Source of the DNA: Fusobacteriota bacterium
GTDB taxonomy: Bacteria; Fusobacteriota; Fusobacteriia; Fusobacteriales; JBNJFI01
NCBI GenBank assembly: GCA_051746725.1
Contig: JBNJFI010000065.1
Location: 1-11,852, forward strand
Direction of reading: 5' to 3'
DNA: 11,852 bases
A program made the translations under genes and the position numbers. The notes under the pieces were generated by a model. That model saw only the letters and a list, made by a program, of their open reading frames with translations, searched no databases and had not been told where the DNA came from. This document shows, piece by piece, positions 1-6,803 of this stretch. Each line of letters opens with the position of its first letter. Positions within the stretch are counted from its first letter, which is position 1.

Positions 1-58
1 TTCAAGTCAATTTTTTTTAGTTTTATAATGTGTTTTTCTTTAGTCTTATTTCAGACAT

Positions 59-90
59 AAAAAAAGGAGATCCAGCGACCTCCTTTTTTT
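59..90 (-). terminator. Intrinsic terminator after the Na/Pi cotransporter gene
   Basis: Minus strand reads A7-GGAGGTC-GCTG-GATCTCC-T7: a 7-bp stem (one G-U pair, which works only on the minus strand) followed by a U-run, just after the stop at 97-99. Confidence 0.9.
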
Positions 91-96
91 ATCTTT

Positions 97-1806
97 TTAG
101 CTTTCCAATAGTTCCTCTGACTCTTCAATTAAAGCTTCTCCAACATTTAAAATATGATTTTTTATTTTTCTATATGAATTTAAAATATCTGTATAAGAAG
201 TTATTAATAAAGGATCCATTTTATATGAACCGGCATCATTAAAGTGTTTTTTCCTTATAGCTTTAAACTTTTTAGTTATAGCAGTAGATTTTAAATAAAT
301 GTCCTTTGAAAATTCATGATCTAAATCAGTATCTCCAACTCTTCCATTAATAAAAATTAAATAATCTACAACCTCTTTTTGTAATTCCATCATCATTTCT
401 TTTTCATCTTTAGACATTTCTATTTCTTTATTTCTTAATTTCAAATATAACTTCAATATTTTCATTATATAATCACTTATAGACTCATATTCGTCAGCAA
501 CTTTCAAATATTTTTTGACCTCTAACCCTGTGGTTCTTGCCAAATCTGGGGAAAATAGTTCAGTTAATATTTCTGATATTTCTTTTTGAATTAAATCTAT
601 TTTATCTTCATTTTCAAATACACTCTTTAAAGTCTTATTTTTAGTGTCATATGATTTATTAATAGATTCTTCTAAAGCATCAAACATATCTAGGTTTATC
701 TGGCCAACATTTAACATCTCTTTTTGTGTTTGATCGATTACCATCATAGGAGTTTCCAACATTCTTTCATCTAAATGGGTATTTTTTCTTTCTTCTCCAT
801 CTCTATCTGGTATAATATATACTAAAACTTTCTTAATTATACCAATAAAAGGTAAAAATACTATTGTATTTGTTACATTAAATATTGAGTGAGTCATTGC
901 TATAGCAGTTCCTATATAAGGATATATGACTACACCAGATTCTCCTATCCTAGTGGCATCAGGATTATTCCCTAATAATTTAGCTATAAAATCGATATAG
1001 GGTTTAAATAAAAATGATATCCACATTACCCCTAATATATTGAAAACAATATGTGCATAAGCCGCTCTCTTGGCATTTTTTCCGGTACCAAAAGAAGCTA
1101 AGAACGCTGTTATAGTTGTTCCTATATTTTCTCCTAAAACTAAAGCTGCAGCTGTTGGAAAAGGTATTACACCAGTTGTTGCTAAACCTATTGTAATCCC
1201 CATAGTAGCTGATGATGATTGTACTATTATTGTTAATATAGCACCTGCCATAATACATTTTAATAATCCTAAATATGTATCTGGCGAAAACATCTCAAAC
1301 CACTGTCTAAATTCCGGCATTGATCTTATTGGTTTAAATCCATTTTTCATTAATTCCAATCCAAAAAAGATCATTCCAAGCCCCATTACTGCTGTTGCAA
1401 TATATTTTGTTTTAGTTTTTTTAGAAAATAGAACAAAAAAGATAGCAATACCTAAAATTGGTAACCCATACTTTCCTACTTTAACTACTAATATCCAACC
1501 TGTTAAAGTCGTTCCGATATTCGATCCCATAATTACACCAATCGCCTGGGTCAAATTCATTAACCCTGCATTTACAAAACCAACTGTCATTACTGTAGTT
1601 ATTGAACTTGACTGAATAATCATCGTAACTAAAGCTCCTATAGTTACAGCAAAGATACGATTACTAGTTACTTTCCCTATTAAGGTTTTTAATTTTTCTC
1701 CAGCTACTGTTTGTAAACCAGTAGATAAATGATTCATTCCATACAAAAATATTCCCAATCCACCTATAGCACTAAATAAAATTTCGAACATTAATCCATA
1801 CTCCAT
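97..1806 (-). CDS. Na+/phosphate cotransporter (NptA/SLC34-like) with C-terminal soluble PhoU-like helical domain
   Basis: 569 aa; N-terminal GGLGIFLYGM, two QSSS repeats (IIQSSSITT, IVQSSSATM), GxNIGTT motifs, hydrophilic helical C-terminus; SD AGGAGGT at 1811-1817. Confidence 0.93.
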   Translation of the reverse strand: MEYGLMFEILFSAIGGLGIFLYGMNHLSTGLQTVAGEKLKTLIGKVTSNRIFAVTIGALVTMIIQSSSITTVMTVGFVNAGLMNLTQAIGVIMGSNIGTTLTGWILVVKVGKYGLPILGIAIFFVLFSKKTKTKYIATAVMGLGMIFFGLELMKNGFKPIRSMPEFRQWFEMFSPDTYLGLLKCIMAGAILTIIVQSSSATMGITIGLATTGVIPFPTAAALVLGENIGTTITAFLASFGTGKNAKRAAYAHIVFNILGVMWISFLFKPYIDFIAKLLGNNPDATRIGESGVVIYPYIGTAIAMTHSIFNVTNTIVFLPFIGIIKKVLVYIIPDRDGEERKNTHLDERMLETPMMVIDQTQKEMLNVGQINLDMFDALEESINKSYDTKNKTLKSVFENEDKIDLIQKEISEILTELFSPDLARTTGLEVKKYLKVADEYESISDYIMKILKLYLKLRNKEIEMSKDEKEMMMELQKEVVDYLIFINGRVGDTDLDHEFSKDIYLKSTAITKKFKAIRKKHFNDAGSYKMDPLLITSYTDILNSYRKIKNHILNVGEALIEESEELLES

Positions 1807-1875
1807 TTATACCTCCTATTTTTCTTTTATTAAACTCATATTAAATCTTATATTTTTGAGTTTATCCTACTTATG

Positions 1876-1934
1876 TAAACACATTTTAACATATTTTTTA
1901 CTTTTTTTTAAGTTCTTTTTACATTACTTTAACA
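1876..1934 (+). promoter_or_regulatory. Array of six TT(A/T)ACA-like hexamers at 10-11 bp period (PhoP/OmpR-family box-like)
   Basis: TAAACA 1876, TTAACA 1886, TTTACT 1897, TTAAGT 1908, TTTACA 1918, TTAACA 1929; resembles the Bacillus PhoP consensus TT[A/T/C]ACA and lies upstream of a phosphate transporter. Confidence 0.6.
1883..1911 (-). promoter_or_regulatory. Candidate sigma70 promoter of the Na/Pi gene
   Basis: TTAAAA (1911-1906), 17 nt, then TG-n-TAAAAT extended -10 (1888-1883); the AT-rich background lowers certainty. Confidence 0.4.
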
Positions 1935-1939
1935 TTGGA

Positions 1940-1968
1940 TTGATTTTTATTATTCTTTTAAATATAAA
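1940..1968 (+). promoter_or_regulatory. Candidate sigma70 promoter of the 53-aa ORF
   Basis: TTGATT (1940-1945), 17 nt, TATAAA (1963-1968); the -35 starts 11 bp after the start of the last hexamer of the array. Confidence 0.45.
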
Positions 1969-2021
1969 ATTTTAGTTTTCCAAAAAAAACTCGATAATCT
2001 GTATACAAGGAGGTGAGAAAA

Positions 2022-2183
2022 ATGGGTTTACTTGAGATTAATAAGATGCAAATAGAATTAATAAAAGAAAGCGGTCTTATTGCCCAAGATTGGATAAGAT
2101 CTTACAGTGCTCATTTTAGAAAATTAATCCAAAGGAGGGGTAGAAATATTGAAATTATCAAAAAAGAGTTATACAAAAATTAA
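2022..2183 (+). CDS. Small basic hypothetical protein, 53 aa (MGLLEINKMQIELIKESGLIAQDWIRSYSAHFRKLIQRRGRNIEIIKKELYKN); not in the ORF track
   Basis: Perfect SD AAGGAGGTGA at 2007-2016, ATG at 2022, TAA at 2181-2183, followed immediately by a terminator hairpin; fills an otherwise empty intergenic gap. Confidence 0.85.
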   Translation: MGLLEINKMQIELIKESGLIAQDWIRSYSAHFRKLIQRRGRNIEIIKKELYKN

Positions 2184-2184
2184 A

Positions 2185-2228
2185 AAAAAGAGTTTTTAAT
2201 TATTTTATAATAATTAAAAACTCTTTTT
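2185..2228. terminator. Bidirectional intrinsic terminator between the small ORF and rplT
   Basis: Perfect 20-bp inverted repeat AAAAAGAGTTTTTAATTATT / AATAATTAAAAACTCTTTTT with a 4-nt loop, between convergent genes. Confidence 0.88.
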
Positions 2229-2251
2229 GATTTTTCTTAATATATAAACTT

Positions 2252-2605
2252 TTATAAGCTATCTTTTGCTGTTTCTACTAATTTTGCAAATTCATCAGCA
2301 TTTGAAACTGCTAATTCTGCTAAAACTTTTCTATTTAAATTAATTTCAGCTTTTTTCAATCCATGCATAAATTTACTATAAGATAATCCACTTTTTCTAG
2401 CCCCTGCATTGATTCTCATTATCCAAAGCTGTCTCATCTTTCTTTTCTTTTGTTTTCTATCTCTAGTTGCATAAGCTTTTGCTCTCATATCAGCTTGTTT
2501 TGCCTGTTTAAAATTAGTTCCACTTGCTGCTCTATATCCTTTTGTTGCTTTTATTACTTTTTTATGTTTTTTTCTTCTTACTTTTCCAGTTTTTACTCTA
2601 GCCAT
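2252..2605 (-). CDS. rplT: 50S ribosomal protein L20
   Basis: MARVKTG start, RQLWIMRINAGAR, SYSKFMHGLKKA, LNRKVLAELA; last gene of infC-rpmI-rplT. Confidence 0.99.
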   Translation of the reverse strand: MARVKTGKVRRKKHKKVIKATKGYRAASGTNFKQAKQADMRAKAYATRDRKQKKRKMRQLWIMRINAGARKSGLSYSKFMHGLKKAEINLNRKVLAELAVSNADEFAKLVETAKDSL

Positions 2606-2628
2606 TTTGTCCTCCTAACGTATTTTTA

Positions 2629-2826
2629 TTACGAATTTGGTAATAATTGTTCTAGCTTCTTAGCTCTAGTCCCCTCAATTACCATATCATTTCGCATTTT
2701 TCTTTTTTTGTCACTTGATTTTTTAGTTAATATATGTTGTTTCCCTGCTTTTTTGGCTTTATATTTACCTTTTTTAGTCTTTTTAAATCTCTTTTTTGCT
2801 CCACTGTGACTTTTCATTTTTCCCAT
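2629..2826 (-). CDS. rpmI: 50S ribosomal protein L35
   Basis: KMKSHSGAKKRFK, HILTKKS, C-terminal LLP; 65 aa; canonical position; SD GAGGAGG. Confidence 0.98.
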   Translation of the reverse strand: MGKMKSHSGAKKRFKKTKKGKYKAKKAGKQHILTKKSSDKKRKMRNDMVIEGTRAKKLEQLLPNS

Positions 2827-2868
2827 TCTAAAATCCTCCTCTCAAGTATCTTATATTTTATTAATAAC

Positions 2869-3387
2869 TTATTTATCTAATATTGGAGTTAATAATATAT
2901 ACTTTTGACTTTCATCTGGACCAAAATGTCTATCAACTTTTGCCTTATCTTCGAATCTTTTAGCTGCATCTTCTAAAACTTGTAATCCTCTTTCCATATG
3001 CATTTTCTCTCTACCATAAATCATCAAAGTTAATTTCGCTTTATTTTTATCTTCTAAAAACTCCTCAACTTTTCGACATTTTACATCAAAGTCATGTTTT
3101 TCAATTCTAGGTTTAAACTTCATTTCTTTTAATTTCATTACATTTTGTTTCTTTTTAGCTTTTTGTCTTTGTTTTTCTTTTTCATATTTATATTTCCCAT
3201 AATCCATCACCTTACATACTGGTGGTTTTGAATTTGGAGCCACCTCAACTAAATCCAACTCTTTTTTGGTAGCAATATCTAATGCCTCTTGTAATGTAAC
3301 TATTCCCTCTTGATCTCCACCGACGATTAATCTTACCTTTTTTGCTCGAATCTTATCGTTTATTCTATGCTCATCTTTCTTACTAAT
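2869..3387 (-). CDS. infC: Translation initiation factor IF-3, probable ATT start (172 aa)
   Basis: INDKIRAKKVRL, LDLVEVAPNSKPPVCKVMDYGKYKYE, KEMKFKPRIEKHD. SD AGGAGGTG (3402-3395) is 1 nt from ATG 3393, 4 nt from ATA 3390 and 7 nt from ATT 3387. Gene identity is secure; the start is inferred. Confidence 0.95.
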   Translation of the reverse strand: MSKKDEHRINDKIRAKKVRLIVGGDQEGIVTLQEALDIATKKELDLVEVAPNSKPPVCKVMDYGKYKYEKEKQRQKAKKKQNVMKLKEMKFKPRIEKHDFDVKCRKVEEFLEDKNKAKLTLMIYGREKMHMERGLQVLEDAAKRFEDKAKVDRHFGPDESQKYILLTPILDK

Positions 3388-3408
3388 TATCATACACCTC
3401 CTATAAAT

Positions 3409-3438
3409 AAAAAAACAGCGTGCTATATGCACCCCGCC
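3409..3438 (-). terminator. Attenuator terminator of the L20 leader
   Basis: GGCGG-G-GTGC/ATATA/GCAC-G-CTGTT stem followed by a U-run ending 6 nt before the infC SD. Confidence 0.75.
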
Positions 3439-3565
3439 TAAACTAAAATACACAATTTACCTATACCTTACCTATATATAAAACATAACTTGTGTTTTCT
3501 ATTTTGTTTTGACCTTATAATGACATCATGTGTCTACAAGGTGAGAAGCGGGAGCTCCTGCTTGT
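3409..3565 (-). ncRNA. Ribosomal protein L20 leader (Firmicutes-type attenuator)
   Basis: Minus strand AAGCAGGAGCTCCCGCTTCTCACCTTGTA-GACA-catga-TGTC-atTATAAGGT ... AGGCGGGGTGC-ATATA-GCACGCTG-T7; CCCGCTT can pair with AGGCGGG in competition with the terminator; located directly upstream of infC. Confidence 0.88.
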
Positions 3566-3584
3566 TTCTTTTAATAAATTTTTA

Positions 3585-3675
3585 TGGCGGAGAAGGAGGG
3601 ATTTGAACCCTCGATCCGGGAAACCCGGATACTCCCTTAGCAGGGGAGCGCGATCGACCACTCTGCCACTTCTCC
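3585..3675 (-). tRNA. tRNA-Ser(GCT)
   Basis: GGAGAAG/CTTCTCC acceptor, discriminator G, encoded CCA; anticodon arm CTCCC-CT-GCT-AA-GGGAG; long variable arm ATCCGGG-TTT-CCCGGAT; T-arm GAGGG-TTCAAAT-CCCTC; 91 nt. Confidence 0.98.
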
Positions 3676-3689
3676 ATATCAAATTAAAA

Positions 3690-3777
3690 TGGCGGAGAAA
3701 CTGGGATTCGAACCCAGACACCTTACGGTTTCACCGATTTTCAAGACCGGCCCCTTAGCCAGTTCGGACATCTCTCC
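3690..3777 (-). tRNA. tRNA-Ser(TGA)
   Basis: GGAGAGA/TTTCTCC acceptor, G-CCA end; anticodon arm CCGGT-CT-TGA-AA-ATCGG; 16-nt variable region; T-arm CTGGG-TTCGAAT-CCCAG; 88 nt. Confidence 0.97.
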
Positions 3778-3799
3778 GTCTTTTAATTCAACAAGACCT

Positions 3800-3852
3800 A
3801 TAATAACATATATAAATCTCTTTGTCAATAGTTTTTTAGATTACTTTTTTTT
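3800..3852 (-). promoter_or_regulatory. Strong sigma70 promoter for tRNA-Ser/tRNA-Ser/L20 leader/infC-rpmI-rplT
   Basis: TTGACA (3828-3823), exactly 17 nt, TG-n-TATTAT (3805-3800), with A-tracts upstream of the -35 (UP element-like). Confidence 0.88.
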
Positions 3853-3874
3853 AAAATATTTTTGCAGTACTTTT

Positions 3875-4822
3875 TTATGAAAGCATCCCTTTAACTATCA
3901 TGTCTGTTGCTTCATCTTCTGTTAATCCTCTGGCCATGAGAGTTTCTAATTCTTTTTTATTAACTCGACCTATACTAGCCTCATGGGTTAATTCTGCTAA
4001 ATCATTTACAACTTTTATAACTGGAATAGCAGAAACTACTGCATTTTTTCCCTTCACAACTTCTACACAATCAACATGTCCTTTACAATAAGGGGCATTT
4101 CCATATATCTCTGTATATACATCACTAACAGTACTTTCTGAGGCAAATACTCTTGCAGTAACTGTCCCTTTACTTTCACGTCCATTTAAATTTATAACTT
4201 CTTTGATTTTTATATGATCATCTTTTTTGCCATATATTTTACTATCCATATCCGCAATAGCTCGATCCTTTAAATCAAATTCATAATTTATATCCAGTTT
4301 ACCGACTCTACCAGTTACTAATTTAAAGTCACTTTTAAAAAAACCTCCTTCATTTACTACAGCTTCGGTATAAGGAACTACTTCAACCCCTCCATCTTCT
4401 CCGTGAAAATGAACTTCCTCATATATCATCTTAGCATTTTTCCCAATATTAACTTTTGAATTCATTTTGTGAATCACTTTTTTAGCCGTTGGAAAAGAGC
4501 AATGAGATATAAATTTAGCCTCTGCACCCTCTTGTATCTCATATTCAGACTCAATTATCTGCTCACCTTCATTTCCCAATACCCCAAAACATATATGAAC
4601 AGGTTTTTCTAATTTATAATCTTTTAAAACTTTTATTTTAGCTTTAATTCCATTTTCAATTTCTTCTGCCTCAACTTCTAATCCATTTACGCTGTTTAAT
4701 CCTAATATTTTATTTTTATTAATAAGCATAAATCCATTATCTGTGCCGCTAAACATATCTCTATTTCCGCCTGTATGTTCCGCAGCTTTTACCAATGCTT
4801 CGAACTCATCTGATTTTTTCAT
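3875..4822 (-). CDS. SufB/SufD-family Fe-S assembly protein, short SMS-type (SmsB-like)
   Basis: 315 aa; PVHICFG, GHVDCVEVV, AIPVIKV, AELTHEASIGRVNKKELETLMARGLTEDEATDMIVKGML (SufBD C-terminal signature); starts 2 nt after the ATPase stop, with a GAGGTG SD inside the upstream gene. Confidence 0.9.
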   Translation of the reverse strand: MKKSDEFEALVKAAEHTGGNRDMFSGTDNGFMLINKNKILGLNSVNGLEVEAEEIENGIKAKIKVLKDYKLEKPVHICFGVLGNEGEQIIESEYEIQEGAEAKFISHCSFPTAKKVIHKMNSKVNIGKNAKMIYEEVHFHGEDGGVEVVPYTEAVVNEGGFFKSDFKLVTGRVGKLDINYEFDLKDRAIADMDSKIYGKKDDHIKIKEVINLNGRESKGTVTARVFASESTVSDVYTEIYGNAPYCKGHVDCVEVVKGKNAVVSAIPVIKVVNDLAELTHEASIGRVNKKELETLMARGLTEDEATDMIVKGMLS

Positions 4823-4824
4823 AT

Positions 4825-5532
4825 TTACACCTCTTCTTCTGTCTTGTAATCACATGTATAACATCTATCTTTGAAATATTTTGATACCGACAAAGATTTT
4901 CCATGTTTTTTTATTGTTTTATCACAAATTAAATATGCATAATCTACAATAGCTGCTATATCTTCATTATGAGTTATTACAATAGCTGTACTTCCCTGTT
5001 CCTTAATGTAATTTAATATCTTTACTATATTTGTTATAGATAAAGCATCAATTCCAGAATCTGGTTCATCAAAAATTACTATTTTAGGTTTCATCATAAT
5101 AACTGCAGCTAATTCTATTCTCTTTCTTTCTCCTCCACTTAAACTCTCATCTACCATTCTATTAATATATTTATTATAGTCTAAACCAATCATTTCAAAT
5201 ACTTCTTCTATATCATTATCTGTATATCTTCCACCTAAAGTAATATAATTTCTAACAGAAATCCCTTCAAATCTAGCTGGTTCTTGTAAAGCTATCGTCA
5301 TCCCACTTTCAGCTCTTTTTGTTATAGATTCATGGGTTATATCCTTGGAATTCAATATTATATTCCCTTTTTCAACCTCTGTAAATCCTATTAAAGATTT
5401 AGCAAGTGTACTTTTTCCTGCTCCATTACTTCCTAATATACTGTATATTTTCCCTTTTTCAAATTCCATATTAATATCTTCCAGTATCTCTTTTCCATCT
5501 CTTTCAACATAAACATTTTTTACTGTTAACAT
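4825..5532 (-). CDS. SufC-like ABC ATPase with C-terminal Cys motif (SmsC-like)
   Basis: Walker A GSNGAGKST, LSGGERKRIE, Walker B/D-loop FDEPDSGID, ITH switch; C-terminal C-X20-C-X2-C (C203, C224, C227). Confidence 0.9.
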   Translation of the reverse strand: MLTVKNVYVERDGKEILEDINMEFEKGKIYSILGSNGAGKSTLAKSLIGFTEVEKGNIILNSKDITHESITKRAESGMTIALQEPARFEGISVRNYITLGGRYTDNDIEEVFEMIGLDYNKYINRMVDESLSGGERKRIELAAVIMMKPKIVIFDEPDSGIDALSITNIVKILNYIKEQGSTAIVITHNEDIAAIVDYAYLICDKTIKKHGKSLSVSKYFKDRCYTCDYKTEEEV

Positions 5533-5613
5533 TATAACCTTCCCTTCTATGAAGTACTATTTCTTATTAATTAATTTTTATATTTTTACATATCTTTTAT
5601 TTTTATTACCTTC

Positions 5614-6792
5614 TTAATCATTTTTCATATCTATGGGATCAATTATTATATTTTGACCATATTTTTTTCTGATTTTATAAACTAGACCTGAGATTTTTTC
5701 TTTCTTTTCTGTTTTGAGACCTTCCCCTAATTTCATCTGTTCTACCTTCCGATCAACAAAATTGCTAATATACATTCCTGAAAGGCGAACTTTTTTGACT
5801 AATCTTATTTTCTTTAATATCGTATCTACCACGTCATATATCTCTTTTGTTTCTCTAATTGCAGTATCTACTGTTTTAGAACGAGTAATCTGTTTCATGT
5901 CTTTATATTTTATCTTTACTGTAACTGTTTTGCACCATTTTTTATTTTCGATGAGATAAAATGAAAGCTCTTTAATTATATCCTTTAAAGTATCATATAT
6001 GATTTTTTTATCTATTATATCTTCTTTATATGTAGTTTCTCTTCCTCGAGACTTATTTTTTATTTCTCTTCCAATCTTATCATCAGATATTCCTCTAGAT
6101 TTATAATATAGACTTTCTCCTAGATTTCCAAATAATTGTTCTAATTCTTTTTTAGAATATCTCCATACATCTCGAACTGTAAATATATTCTCGACTTGCA
6201 GCTTTTTATAAGAGACTCTACCAACTCCTGGAATTATTGATATTTTACGGTTTTTAAAAACACGACAAAATTGCTTAGGTGTCTTTATCTTATAAAATCC
6301 ATCTGGTTTATTTTCTTCACTTGCAAGTTTTGCAGTCATTTTATTATACCCTAAACCAACGGAACAAGTTAAGTTTAACTCTCTTTTGATTCTATTTTTT
6401 ATCTTATAAACCACTTCCTCTGATCCTCCAAATATCTGTTTGGTGTGAGTTAAATCTAGATACCCTTCATCTAAAGATAAAAATTCATAAATATCAGAGT
6501 ATTCTAAGACTATCTTTTTTATATCTTGCGAAACTTTATTATATTTTTTCATATCTGGTTTAATAAATATCCCGTTTGGACAAAGGTCATAGGCTCTATT
6601 TGAACTCATTGCAGAATGAATACCATATTTTCTTGCCTCATATGAACATGTAGACACAACTCCCCTATTTCCAGGTTTAGAACCTATTATAACTGGTTTC
6701 CCTTGTAATTTGGGGTTATCTCGAATCTCTACATTTGCAAAAAAGGCATCCATATCAAAATGTAATATTACTTTTTTGGGTTTTGAATTCAT
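5614..6792 (-). CDS. dinB: DNA polymerase IV (Y-family)
   Basis: HFDMDAFFA, CSYEARKYG, SLDEGYLD, AKLASEENKPDG, IPGVG; little-finger domain; clamp-motif-like QMKL near the C-terminus. Confidence 0.96.
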   Translation of the reverse strand: MNSKPKKVILHFDMDAFFANVEIRDNPKLQGKPVIIGSKPGNRGVVSTCSYEARKYGIHSAMSSNRAYDLCPNGIFIKPDMKKYNKVSQDIKKIVLEYSDIYEFLSLDEGYLDLTHTKQIFGGSEEVVYKIKNRIKRELNLTCSVGLGYNKMTAKLASEENKPDGFYKIKTPKQFCRVFKNRKISIIPGVGRVSYKKLQVENIFTVRDVWRYSKKELEQLFGNLGESLYYKSRGISDDKIGREIKNKSRGRETTYKEDIIDKKIIYDTLKDIIKELSFYLIENKKWCKTVTVKIKYKDMKQITRSKTVDTAIRETKEIYDVVDTILKKIRLVKKVRLSGMYISNFVDRKVEQMKLGEGLKTEKKEKISGLVYKIRKKYGQNIIIDPIDMKND

Positions 6793-6803
6793 TTTTCACC
6801 TCT

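Noticed and set aside
1..30. TTGACT on the minus strand at 10-5 as the -35 of a downstream promoter
   Set aside because: The -10 would lie outside the window, so it cannot be supported.
3388..3453. N-terminal extension of infC (MYFSLGGVHIARCFFIYRRCMI)
   Set aside because: Translates the attenuator hairpin and the SD; no IF3 similarity.
3585..3600. tRNA 3' ends as an integration site
   Set aside because: The shared TGGCGGAGAA is explained by the two Ser tRNAs themselves; no integrase or displaced att copy is in the window.
3690..3777. Possible tRNA-Sec or suppressor tRNA
   Set aside because: The anticodon is TGA (reads Ser UCA), not TCA, and it has an ordinary 7-bp acceptor and 5-bp T stem.
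3515..3880. ORFs 3515-3721, 3528-3758 and 3689-3880
   Set aside because: They overlap the two tRNA genes and the L20 leader; typical tRNA-derived spurious ORFs.
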